From positions 47,899 through 111,898 of the forward strand of contig BTUV01000005.1 of NCBI GenBank assembly GCA_045863035.1: DNA of 64,000 bases. Reading direction: 5' to 3'. A program made the translations under genes and the position numbers. The notes under the pieces were generated by a model, which ran no database searches, was not told the origin of the DNA, and saw only the letters and a list, made by a program, of their open reading frames with translations. The stretch comes from Ignavibacteriales bacterium (GTDB taxonomy: Bacteria; Bacteroidota; Ignavibacteria; Ignavibacteriales; Ignavibacteriaceae). The stretch's first letter is position 1; every line of letters starts with the position of its first letter. Positions 35,168-44,223 of the stretch are shown here, in pieces.

Positions 35168-35920
35168 TCAGCTAAAAATCTCTTTTTCTGCAACACGCCA
35201 GAGTTTCTGGCAGGGGAATCTGTTCTCATAGAGAGCTCTCCCGACAATGACTGAATCAACGCCAATGGGTATAAGACGTTGTAAATCCATGAGCTCGTCC
35301 TTATTTCTGATACCTCCGGAGTGAGTAACGCGAAGCCCGGTTGATTCAGCAACCTTGCGCGAAAGTTCAATATTCGGACCGGAGAGCATCCCATTGCGTT
35401 TAACATCGGTTATGATAAGACGTTCAATTCCTGATGTTTTAAGTTTGGCAGCCATTTCAAGCGGATGTATTCCTGTTCTTACTCTTCTACCCCGTATAAC
35501 CAGTTCATCATCAATCACATCCAGCGCTACAACAATCTTTTTGGGTCCATATTTCTCAAGGATACGGCAATACTCATCCCAGTCCTCAATAACAACGGTT
35601 GAAATGACAGCTCTTGATATTCCGAATGAAAACAACTTGTCAGCATCTTCCAAGGTACGAATACCGCCGGCATACTCAACCGGTATAATTACCGAAGAGC
35701 AAATTTCCTTAATCGTGGCATAATTCCGGTCTGAATGCAATGAAAATCCATCAAAATCCACAACATGAAGCATTTTTGCGTTTTCAGCTCTCCATATTCT
35801 GGCCATCTCAACCGGGTCATTGCCATATTCTGAACAATTAAGTTCCGGAATTCCTTGTACAACACGGACTGTAGTCCCGTATTTAATATCGATTGAGGGA
35901 ATGATCAGTAAAAAAGGCAT
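35168..35920 (-). CDS. hisA: HisA/HisF-family (beta/alpha)8 isomerase, HisA-like
   Basis: 250 aa, IIPSIDIKYGTTVRVVQG, VVALDV, SGGIRNKDEL, VIVGRALY. No other his genes lie nearby. Confidence 0.72.
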   Translation of the reverse strand: MPFLLIIPSIDIKYGTTVRVVQGIPELNCSEYGNDPVEMARIWRAENAKMLHVVDFDGFSLHSDRNYATIKEICSSVIIPVEYAGGIRTLEDADKLFSFGISRAVISTVVIEDWDEYCRILEKYGPKKIVVALDVIDDELVIRGRRVRTGIHPLEMAAKLKTSGIERLIITDVKRNGMLSGPNIELSRKVAESTGLRVTHSGGIRNKDELMDLQRLIPIGVDSVIVGRALYENRFPCQKLWRVAEKEIFS

Positions 35921-36317
35921 ACTATTTAATTTTGTTCAATTCCAATTTATTTCCGCATTTCAAAAACAGAGTGCTAAATTGAGAGGCGTCTGGTTGTGTA
36001 AATTTCTTAATTATATTAAGTGAAAATAATCAAAAAAGCATCTTTAGTTAAAGAAAATCGCATAATTACCTGTGACGGAGGATGCAAAAACGGTTCAGAT
36101 TTCCCTGAGGATTATCAGCAATTCAAAAACCATTGGTTTTCCGGTAAAAATTACCTTCAAATGGTAAAAATCATTAAATAAAAGCGTGAAAAACCGGCTA
36201 AAATCAAACTTTATGGGCTGTTTTCTTGACTTTTCACCCTGTTAACAGCATATTTGTAACCGATTTAATGGTTTTCTTACACCCTGACATCAATTTTAAG
36301 CGAATGGAGATTTTCCA

Positions 36318-36875
36318 ATGAGTGCACCAGCATTAAAAATTAAGTCACTTTTTACCGCGGTTGATACAACCGGAGATATTCTTAGAATTTCATTTTTTGC
36401 AATTATAACGGTAATTGCTGCTCAGATAAGTATCCCGGTTCAACCGGTCCCCTTCACACTTCAAAGCGTTGCTGTAATTTTAGCCGGTGTCATGCTTGGA
36501 TCAAAGAAAGGCGCAATCAGCCAGATAATTTATCTGATGCTTGGCATTATTGGACTTCCTGTTTTTGCCATGTCCGCGGATCCCACTCTCGGTGTTGCCA
36601 GACTTATTGGCCCTACAGGCGGTTATCTGCTTGCTTTCCCGATCGCAGCGTATTTCTCAGGATTTATTGTTGAGAAATTCAAGGGCAGCTTTTCTTTAAT
36701 ATCCGCAATTTTTGCCGGTAATGCACTTATTCTCATTTCTGGTGTTGCTTTTTTAAATACATTTTATTTGAATGATATTAACCAGGCGTTGGTCGCCGGT
36801 GTTGGTATCTTTGGAATCTGGTCTGTAGTCAAAATGGCTCTTACCTTCGGAATTTTCAAAGCAGTTAAAAAGTAA
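36318..36875 (+). CDS. bioY: Biotin transporter BioY
   Basis: 185 aa with six TM segments, PVPFTLQSVAVILAG, GPTGGYLLAFP. Confidence 0.85.
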   Translation: MSAPALKIKSLFTAVDTTGDILRISFFAIITVIAAQISIPVQPVPFTLQSVAVILAGVMLGSKKGAISQIIYLMLGIIGLPVFAMSADPTLGVARLIGPTGGYLLAFPIAAYFSGFIVEKFKGSFSLISAIFAGNALILISGVAFLNTFYLNDINQALVAGVGIFGIWSVVKMALTFGIFKAVKK

Positions 36876-36890
36876 AAAGAGACCAGACCG

Positions 36891-38891
36891 GTGTTTGGTA
36901 TTAAGAATATTGTTTTTATTGTTGTATTTCTTGCGGCAGCAGGATTTTTTATATACAGTACGCGCCGTTTGATTTCATTTCTGTTGCTCGGTACAAAAGA
37001 AGACAGATTTGATAACCCCGCGAGACGAATTAAAAACGTACTAATCATTGCATTCGGACAAACAAAACTCCTGAGAGATAAAGTTGCAGGAACTCTGCAC
37101 TTTCTAATCTTCTGGGGTTTTATGCTTTTTATAACGGCGGTCTTGGAAGCGGTAATTCAGGGTTTTTACTCTCCATTCACTTGGGAGATACTCGGCCCCC
37201 TTTATGCGGTCGTAACGGTCGTGCAGGATATATTCGGTATTCTGGTTATTGGTTCAGTCCTGTACTCTTTATACAGAAGATTCGTTGAAAAAGTACCACG
37301 TCTTAAATCAGAGCGTCACGGACAGCTTGATGCGGCATTCATTCTTACTATGATCATGCTGGTGGTAGTAAGTATGTTTGGACAGAATATGTCACATGTG
37401 GCAAAAAACGGATTTATTTTTGCAGAGTATGAAATTCGACCGATAAGCACATTTCTTGCCGCAAGAATGTTCGACCCGTTTTCTCAGGCCTCGTACGATA
37501 TATATGAAATATGCTGGTGGATACATATACTGGTGGTGCTAGGGTTTGTAAACTTCCTGCCGTATTCAAAACATCTTCATGTGCTTTCATCAATACCTAA
37601 TGTTTATTTCTCAAAATTTGATGAGAAAAAAGGCGCGCTCAAGCCGATAAATCTTGAAGATGAAACACTCGAATCTTATGGCGCGGATGATATTGAGAAA
37701 CTAAGCTGGAAACAGTTGCTTGACGGGTATTCATGCACTGAATGCGGAAGATGTACGGCAGCGTGTCCGGCAGCAAACACCGGTAAATCTCTCTCCCCCC
37801 GTAAAATCATTGTTGATATAAGGAGGAGGACTGAAGATAAGGGACCTTTAGTTACCGGCGGAGTAAAAGAGAGTGTTATATACGAACGGACATTGGTACA
37901 CGATTATATCAGTGAAAAAGAGCTCTGGCAGTGTACTACTTGTATGGCGTGCGTGCAAGAGTGTCCGGTGATGATTGAACATGTTGACGCAATAGTTGAC
38001 ATGAGGCGTCATCTTGTGCTTACGGAATCAAACTTTCCGGCAGAATTGAATAACGTATTTAAATCCCTCGAAACAAATGGTTCTCCCTGGGCATTCAATC
38101 CTGCTGACAGGGCTGAATGGGCTGAAGGGATGAATATCAAAACCATGTCTGAAGATCCGAATGGTGAAGTGCTTTTCTGGGTTGGCTGTGCGGGCTCATT
38201 TGACAACAGATATAAGAAAGTTACCAAAGCATTTGCCGGTCTGATGCAGAAAGGGAATATTGATTTCCGCATTCTCGGAACTGAAGAAAAATGTAATGGT
38301 GATACTGCACGCCGTCTTGGGAATGAATATCTCGCTCAAACGATGATGCAAGAAAATATTGAAGTGCTTAACGGATATGGAGTAAAGAAAATAGTGACGG
38401 CGTGCCCTCACTGTTTTAACTCGCTTAAAAACGAATTTCCACAGTTCGGAGGCAACTTTGAGGTGCAGCATCACAGTGAAATGATACATGAATTGATTGC
38501 CTCAGGTAAGATCGAAATGAAAGAGGCGGAGGAACCACTGAATGTAACATATCATGATTCCTGTTATATTGGCAGGTACAATGATATATATGAGGAGCCG
38601 CGTGAAGTGCTTGATGCTGTTCCGGCGGTTGAACTGACGGAAATGGAAAGAAACCGCACAACAGGATTTTGCTGCGGTGCAGGGGGCGGAAGAATGTTTC
38701 TTGAAGATGTTGAGGGGGGGAGAATTAATGAGGAAAGAACACGCGAAGCGCTCGAAACAGGGGCGGCAACCATCGGTACTGCCTGTCCGTTTTGTATGAC
38801 TATGATGACTGACGGCGTGAAAGCATTCGACAAAACCGATGAGGTGCAGGTAAAGGATATTGCAGAATTAGTTTTCGAAAACACTAAATAA
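36891..38891 (+). CDS. Membrane-anchored (Fe-S)-binding CCG-domain oxidoreductase (HdrD/DsrK/GlpC-like fused to a polytopic membrane domain)
   Basis: 666 aa. The N-terminal roughly 240 aa carry 5-6 TM helices with conserved His. Two ferredoxin-type clusters (CTECGRCTAACPA, CTTCMACVQECPV) and two CCG-type Cys motifs (VGCAGSF...CPHC and CCGAGGG...CPFC). Confidence 0.8.
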   Translation: MFGIKNIVFIVVFLAAAGFFIYSTRRLISFLLLGTKEDRFDNPARRIKNVLIIAFGQTKLLRDKVAGTLHFLIFWGFMLFITAVLEAVIQGFYSPFTWEILGPLYAVVTVVQDIFGILVIGSVLYSLYRRFVEKVPRLKSERHGQLDAAFILTMIMLVVVSMFGQNMSHVAKNGFIFAEYEIRPISTFLAARMFDPFSQASYDIYEICWWIHILVVLGFVNFLPYSKHLHVLSSIPNVYFSKFDEKKGALKPINLEDETLESYGADDIEKLSWKQLLDGYSCTECGRCTAACPAANTGKSLSPRKIIVDIRRRTEDKGPLVTGGVKESVIYERTLVHDYISEKELWQCTTCMACVQECPVMIEHVDAIVDMRRHLVLTESNFPAELNNVFKSLETNGSPWAFNPADRAEWAEGMNIKTMSEDPNGEVLFWVGCAGSFDNRYKKVTKAFAGLMQKGNIDFRILGTEEKCNGDTARRLGNEYLAQTMMQENIEVLNGYGVKKIVTACPHCFNSLKNEFPQFGGNFEVQHHSEMIHELIASGKIEMKEAEEPLNVTYHDSCYIGRYNDIYEEPREVLDAVPAVELTEMERNRTTGFCCGAGGGRMFLEDVEGGRINEERTREALETGAATIGTACPFCMTMMTDGVKAFDKTDEVQVKDIAELVFENTK

Positions 38892-38910
38892 AATAACTCA
38901 GGAGGTACGA

Positions 38911-39105
38911 ATGGATCAATACAACAAACTGCTCGATGCGTTGAAGAATCTTGAAGGTGATTTTCAGAAGTTCTACGATAAAGGGAACTCTGCCGCCGGA
39001 ACAAGATTGAGAAAAGGACTCAGTGACCTGAAGAAACTTGCGCAGGATATCAGGATTGATATTCAGGAAGTAAAGAACTCCCGTAAGGGCAGTCCTGCTC
39101 AATAA
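38911..39105 (+). CDS. Histone H1-like nucleoid protein (Hc1 family)
   Basis: 64 aa, basic. KGNSAAGTRLRKGLSDLKKLAQDIR resembles the Hc1 core (GNKAAAQRVR...). A strong terminator follows. Confidence 0.6.
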   Translation: MDQYNKLLDALKNLEGDFQKFYDKGNSAAGTRLRKGLSDLKKLAQDIRIDIQEVKNSRKGSPAQ

Positions 39106-39127
39106 GTTCGGTTACAGTCTTGTTTTT

Positions 39128-39160
39128 AAGCCGGGTTTTACAAGCCCGGCTTTTCTGTTT
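39128..39160 (+). terminator. Rho-independent terminator after the Hc1-like gene
   Basis: AAGCCGGG-TTTTACAAG-CCCGGCTT followed by TTCTGTTT. It ends directly at the capA-like ATG. Confidence 0.8.
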
Positions 39161-40306
39161 ATGAAGAATATATCCGTGGTGAATTACCTTTTCTTACTGC
39201 TTTCCTTTGTTGTGCCGGTTTTCTCTCAGGAATTTACAGTGGAAAAGGAGGGAAGTAAGAAAGCGCTCCTGGCATTCGTCGGCGACCTTATGTGCCACAG
39301 TCCACTGTATGAGTATGCAAAAACTGACAGCGGATATGATTTTACTCCGTATTATCAGTATATACGGGATGAACTTTCGTATGCTGATTTGACCATTGGT
39401 AATCTGGAAACTGTACTCGGCGGCAAAGAGCTGAAATTCAGCGGTTATCCTGATTTTAATTCTCCGGATGAATATGCGCTCGCGCTTAAAGATGCCGGAT
39501 TTGATTTTCTTGTTACCGCCAATAATCACTCACTTGACCGCGGAGAAAAGGGACTGCTGAGAACGCTTTCTGTTTTGCAGAAAAACAATATTGCATCAAC
39601 AGGTACTTTCTTGAATCAAAAGGATCGCGATTCGATACGGATTGTTACTGTTAATGAAATTTCCTTCGCTTTTCTTAACTATACATACGGAACAAACGGC
39701 AAACCGGTCCCCAAAGGAAAAGATTATCTCATTAATCTGATTGATAAGACTGCACTCCAGAGGGATATCATGGCAGCTCGTAATCAAAAAGCAGAAATAG
39801 TAATTGTCATTTTTCATTACGGTCAGGAGTATAAAAAAGAACCGGACAACTATCAGAAAATGGTTAATGAATGGGTTTGGGAGGCAGGTGGTGATATAAT
39901 AATCGGAAGTCATCCTCATGTACTTCAACCGGCGGAGAGTCACACGGACTCTCTAAAAGTCATAAAACGATTCACGGCATTTTCATTGGGGAACTTCATA
40001 TCGAACCAGCAGTGGCGTTACTCAGATGCCGGGGCAGTACTCTATCTCACATTTGAAAAAGCATCGGGTAATCCTGTATTAAAGAACGCCGGTTTTCTCC
40101 CAACTTGGGTCTTCAAAGGAACGATTGAGGGTAAGAAAAGCTACCGTATCCTGCCGTCAACTTCATCTGATTGCGAACATCATTTTGATTTTTTATCCAG
40201 GTCACAGCGTGAAACATTCAGACAGTCCTACGATGATTCCAGGGGAATACTGTCTCGTTTTGACCCTGAAATTGGGGTTTTTCCTCTACTCAACTGCCGC
40301 CATTAA
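39161..40306 (+). CDS. CapA-family metallophosphatase (poly-gamma-glutamate synthesis protein-like)
   Basis: 381 aa with a signal peptide. FVGDLMCH, GNLE, TANNHSLD, GSHPHVLQP. Confidence 0.75.
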   Translation: MKNISVVNYLFLLLSFVVPVFSQEFTVEKEGSKKALLAFVGDLMCHSPLYEYAKTDSGYDFTPYYQYIRDELSYADLTIGNLETVLGGKELKFSGYPDFNSPDEYALALKDAGFDFLVTANNHSLDRGEKGLLRTLSVLQKNNIASTGTFLNQKDRDSIRIVTVNEISFAFLNYTYGTNGKPVPKGKDYLINLIDKTALQRDIMAARNQKAEIVIVIFHYGQEYKKEPDNYQKMVNEWVWEAGGDIIIGSHPHVLQPAESHTDSLKVIKRFTAFSLGNFISNQQWRYSDAGAVLYLTFEKASGNPVLKNAGFLPTWVFKGTIEGKKSYRILPSTSSDCEHHFDFLSRSQRETFRQSYDDSRGILSRFDPEIGVFPLLNCRH

Positions 40307-40404
40307 AGGGGCAGAACGCTCTAAGGGTAACCGGTTTCGGCTAAAAAATTGCCCGAAATCTCCGTACATTTAAAATTTACATTTCCTCAAATTATTGAAC
40401 CCTT

Positions 40405-41427
40405 ATGAGTCATAAAATCACATTAATTCCGGGTGACGGAATCGGTCCCGAAATTTCAAAAGCAGTTGTCAGAGTAATACATGCCTCCGGCGTAGAAATT
40501 GACTGGGATGTTCAGGAGGCCGGTGTGGCCGCTTTGACAAAATTTCATGATCCTCTGCCACAGCAGGTAATTGATTCCGTCGCGAAAAACAAAGTTGCGC
40601 TTAAAGGCCCGCTGACAACTCCGGTTGGGAAAGGATTCCGGAGCGTGAATGTAGCCCTCCGAAAAGAATTTGAATTATACGTTAATCAGCGTCCGGCAAA
40701 AACCTTCAAAGGTATTAAAACCCTTTATTTCGATCACATTGATCTTATGATTTTCAGAGAAAATCTTGAAGAGTTTTATTCAGGAATTGAACATTATATA
40801 GACAGCAGCCGTTCAGCGGCTGAAACAATCGGTATTATTACCAAGCGCGGTTCAGAAAGAATTATCCGTTACGCATTTGAATATGCCCGCACCCACGGCA
40901 GAAAAAAAGTTACGCTGGTTCATAAAGCAAATATATTAAAATACACCGGCGGACTTTTTCTTGATGTTGGTATTGATGTGGCAAAAGACTATCCTGATGT
41001 GCAGTTCGATGACAAGATTGTTGATAATATGGCGATGCAGATGGTAATGAATCCTTATCAATTTGATGTTATCGTAACTACAAATCTATTCGGAGATATA
41101 TTGTCCGATTTGGCATCGGGATTAGTGGGCGGTCTCGGTGTGGCACCAGGGGCGAACATCGGAGATGGCGTTGCAATCTTTGAGGCGGTTCACGGTTCAG
41201 CGCCTGATATAGCGGGGCAGAATATTGCCAATCCATCTGCTTTATTGCTCGGTGCGGTGATGATGCTTGATTATATCGGAGAAAAAGAAGCCGCTAAGCG
41301 CATCGAAAAAGCTGTTGCAAAGGTAATTGAAGATGCAAAAGAAGTTACCCGCGATCTGAATAAGGAGTCATTTGTCTCCACTAATCAGATGGCTGATGCC
41401 ATCATCCGTGAGATGGAAAAAGGTTAA
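40405..41427 (+). CDS. Isocitrate/isopropylmalate dehydrogenase family protein (NAD-IDH-like)
   Basis: 340 aa, ITLIPGDGIGPEI, NLFGDILSDLASGLVGGLG, GSAPDIAG. Confidence 0.75.
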   Translation: MSHKITLIPGDGIGPEISKAVVRVIHASGVEIDWDVQEAGVAALTKFHDPLPQQVIDSVAKNKVALKGPLTTPVGKGFRSVNVALRKEFELYVNQRPAKTFKGIKTLYFDHIDLMIFRENLEEFYSGIEHYIDSSRSAAETIGIITKRGSERIIRYAFEYARTHGRKKVTLVHKANILKYTGGLFLDVGIDVAKDYPDVQFDDKIVDNMAMQMVMNPYQFDVIVTTNLFGDILSDLASGLVGGLGVAPGANIGDGVAIFEAVHGSAPDIAGQNIANPSALLLGAVMMLDYIGEKEAAKRIEKAVAKVIEDAKEVTRDLNKESFVSTNQMADAIIREMEKG

Positions 41428-42626
41428 TGAAAAAAAATCTCCCGCTTTCCCTGATTTTTCTTGTTGTATTTATTGATTTGTTAGGATTCGGAATACTTAT
41501 TCCGATTCTTCCGACATTTGCAACAAAAGAACTGGGCATGACAGAGGGGTTAATAGGAATCGTGATCGCTGTATATTCATTTGTACAGTTTATTTTTAAT
41601 CCGCTTCTTGGAACGATGTCAGATAAATACGGAAGAAGGATGGTCATATTGGTCACCCTTTTTCTGAATGTAGCAGGATATCTGGTTTTTTCCTTTTCAC
41701 ACACATTTCTCATGCTAATGATTTCGCGTGTTATCTGCGGAATAGGCGGCAGCAGTATTGGTGTGGCTCAGGCGTATATAGCTGATGTTACTACCAGAGA
41801 AGACCGGGCAAAGGGCATGGGGCTTATTGGGGTAGCTTTCGGATTAGGATTTGTTTTTGGTCCACTTGCCGGGGGAGTTCTTGCAAACTGGGGATATGAA
41901 TATGCCGGTTATGCCGCCGCAATGACTTCGATGCTTGCTCTGGTTGTTTCATATTTTGCTCTTCCTGAGCCGGAAAAGAAAAACATCACGCAGGGGGAAG
42001 CAGGCAGAAGAAAAATTATTGATGTGCCTGCTATGATGCAGGTTTTCAGTAAACCGGCAATTGGTATTGTAATTCTTCTTTTTTTTATTCTGACCTTTTC
42101 AGTTGCTAATATATATGGCACTTTTGCGCTCCTTGGCACCAAGCAATATCATTTCTCTGATATGGAAAATGGATTTATCTTTGGTATCGTTGGTATTATA
42201 GGAGCTTTAGTACAAGGGGGGCTGATCGGAAAACTTTCAAAAAAATATACTGATACCAGGTTAATCATGGTCAGTTCACTGCTCATGATATTTGGTCTTG
42301 GTTTTATTCCTTACGGCATTAACATGACCGGGGTTATCATTGTAGTCACAATCTTGTCTTTTGGTACGGGTATTTTACAGCCCACCATCCTTAGTCTTAT
42401 TTCAAAAATCACTCCGCAGAAAGATCAGGGTATGGTGCTCGGAGTAAATCAGTCGGTTGGGTCATTCGCGAGAATGCTGGGACCGCTTTGGGGCGGATTT
42501 TCATTTCAATATCTTGGTTACCAGGTGCCCTTTCTCACCGGCGCAATCTGTACTCTCTTTATATTTATTTACAGCCTGACGAAGCTAAAAAAACAGCTCG
42601 AAGCAGCGCCCGTTCACGTGGATTAG
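41427..42626 (+). CDS. MFS transporter (TetA/TCR-like)
   Basis: 399 aa with 12 predicted TM segments and the motif A-like GTMSDKYGRR. Confidence 0.85.
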   Translation: MKKNLPLSLIFLVVFIDLLGFGILIPILPTFATKELGMTEGLIGIVIAVYSFVQFIFNPLLGTMSDKYGRRMVILVTLFLNVAGYLVFSFSHTFLMLMISRVICGIGGSSIGVAQAYIADVTTREDRAKGMGLIGVAFGLGFVFGPLAGGVLANWGYEYAGYAAAMTSMLALVVSYFALPEPEKKNITQGEAGRRKIIDVPAMMQVFSKPAIGIVILLFFILTFSVANIYGTFALLGTKQYHFSDMENGFIFGIVGIIGALVQGGLIGKLSKKYTDTRLIMVSSLLMIFGLGFIPYGINMTGVIIVVTILSFGTGILQPTILSLISKITPQKDQGMVLGVNQSVGSFARMLGPLWGGFSFQYLGYQVPFLTGAICTLFIFIYSLTKLKKQLEAAPVHVD

Positions 42627-42630
42627 CAAA

Positions 42631-43656
42631 ATGAAAATTGGTTCTGTTGAAATAGAGAAAGGAATTCTTCTTGCGCCGATGGAAGATATTACTGATATAT
42701 CTTTCCGGCTTGTTTGCCGTGAGCTTGGCGCCGATATGGTATATACTGAGTTTGTTAATGCGGAAGGAATTGTCAGAAAAAATGCCAAGACGCATAAAAA
42801 ATTAGAAATCTGTGATGAAGAGAGACCGGTCGGGATTCAGATATATGGCGGGGAGCTGAAATCGATGATAGGGGCTGCGGAATTTGCTGCTTCTTATAAC
42901 CCGGATCTTTTAGATATTAATGCCGGCTGCTGGGTTAAAAATGTAGTCGGAAACGGTGCAGGTGCAGCCCTGCTTAAAGAGCCGGTTAAGATGCAATCAC
43001 TCATTAAAGAAATTGTTGATGCACTAAAAATTCCGGTTACCGTTAAAACCCGTATCGGGTGGGATGAAAAAAACATTAACATTATTGAAATTGCACAGCG
43101 GCTTGAAGATGCGGGTATTGCTGCTTTAACGGTACACTGCCGTACACGCACTCAGGGGCATAACGGTGAGGCGGACTGGTCCTGGATTGACAAAATTAAA
43201 CAACAAGTAAAGATTCCCATAATCTTAAATGGAAGTGTATTTTCCGCACAAGACGTGCAGCGGGCGTTCGCGGAAACAGGCGCTGATGCAGTTATGATCG
43301 CGCGCGGAGCTATTGGGCATCCCTGGGTTTTCACGGAAGCGAAAGAACTGCTTAAAACCGGGAAGATTTCCACAGTTATTGATATTGACAAAAGAATTTC
43401 AACTTGTTTAAGGCATCTGAAACTTGCAATAGATGTTAAAGGAGAACGCAGAGCGGTTATTGAGCACCGAAAGTTTTACAGTGGATATATGAAGGGTATG
43501 AGGAATATCTCTTCAGTCCGGTCTATTCTTATGACTGCGGAAAATTATGATCAGGTTGAAGAAATGCTCCGCAAGTATCAGGCAAATCCTGATGCATTCA
43601 TAACTCAAAAGACGCTTGAGGAAAGTGAAGTTCTTTACAGCGGAAACTGTTCATGA
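42631..43656 (+). CDS. dusB: tRNA-dihydrouridine synthase
   Basis: 341 aa, LAPMEDITD..FR, DINAGC, TVKTRIGW, ALTVHCRTR. Confidence 0.9.
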   Translation: MKIGSVEIEKGILLAPMEDITDISFRLVCRELGADMVYTEFVNAEGIVRKNAKTHKKLEICDEERPVGIQIYGGELKSMIGAAEFAASYNPDLLDINAGCWVKNVVGNGAGAALLKEPVKMQSLIKEIVDALKIPVTVKTRIGWDEKNINIIEIAQRLEDAGIAALTVHCRTRTQGHNGEADWSWIDKIKQQVKIPIILNGSVFSAQDVQRAFAETGADAVMIARGAIGHPWVFTEAKELLKTGKISTVIDIDKRISTCLRHLKLAIDVKGERRAVIEHRKFYSGYMKGMRNISSVRSILMTAENYDQVEEMLRKYQANPDAFITQKTLEESEVLYSGNCS

Positions 43657-44222
43657 AAAAGTTTTGGTTTATTGCCGCGAAAACCATTTCCTATATGTTC
43701 ATTCCGCCAATGATGATTCTTTATTCGTATTTGTTTATCTATTTTGTTCTGGATGAAATTGAGACCGGGCTGTTATACATACCGGTGATTTTCGGGACTG
43801 TATTGCCCATTTTGGTATTTATACTACTCCGGAGCAAAGGACTTGTTACCGACAATGAAGCAATGAATAAAGAGGAGAGAAGTTTACCTTATGTAATTGG
43901 TGTAGGAATTCTGCTGGCCGGGGGGAGCTTGTTTTACCTGAATGACATAAACGGTTTGCCTTTCCATTTTCTGTTGAGTTATTTTTTATGTAGTCTTATT
44001 ATTATTCCAATAACCAAATATTGGAAAATAAGCGCTCACAGTATGGGTACTGCTGTACCAGGCGCGCTTCTTTTTATTTTCGGCGGATCTTTGTTTTATC
44101 TTGCAGTTGCAATCACCGCGGCGGTCTGGTGGTCTCGTATATACCTCCGATGCCATGATATTTATCAGCTCACAGCGGGATATGCGGTCGGGTTTACTGT
44201 TTCTTATCTGGTGATGTCCTGA
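43653..44222 (+). CDS. PAP2-superfamily-like membrane protein
   Basis: 189 aa, polytopic. SAHSMG ... SRIYLRCHDIYQ resembles PAP2 motifs C2/C3. Confidence 0.5.
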   Translation: MKKFWFIAAKTISYMFIPPMMILYSYLFIYFVLDEIETGLLYIPVIFGTVLPILVFILLRSKGLVTDNEAMNKEERSLPYVIGVGILLAGGSLFYLNDINGLPFHFLLSYFLCSLIIIPITKYWKISAHSMGTAVPGALLFIFGGSLFYLAVAITAAVWWSRIYLRCHDIYQLTAGYAVGFTVSYLVMS

Positions 44223-44223
44223 T

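Noticed and set aside
36251-36280. Possible BirA operator TTGTAACC-N8-GGTTTTC upstream of bioY
   Set aside because: The half-sites are poorly symmetric, and the spacing (8 nt) does not fit the known BirA architecture (14-16 nt). I reported only the directly visible direct repeats and palindrome as a finding.
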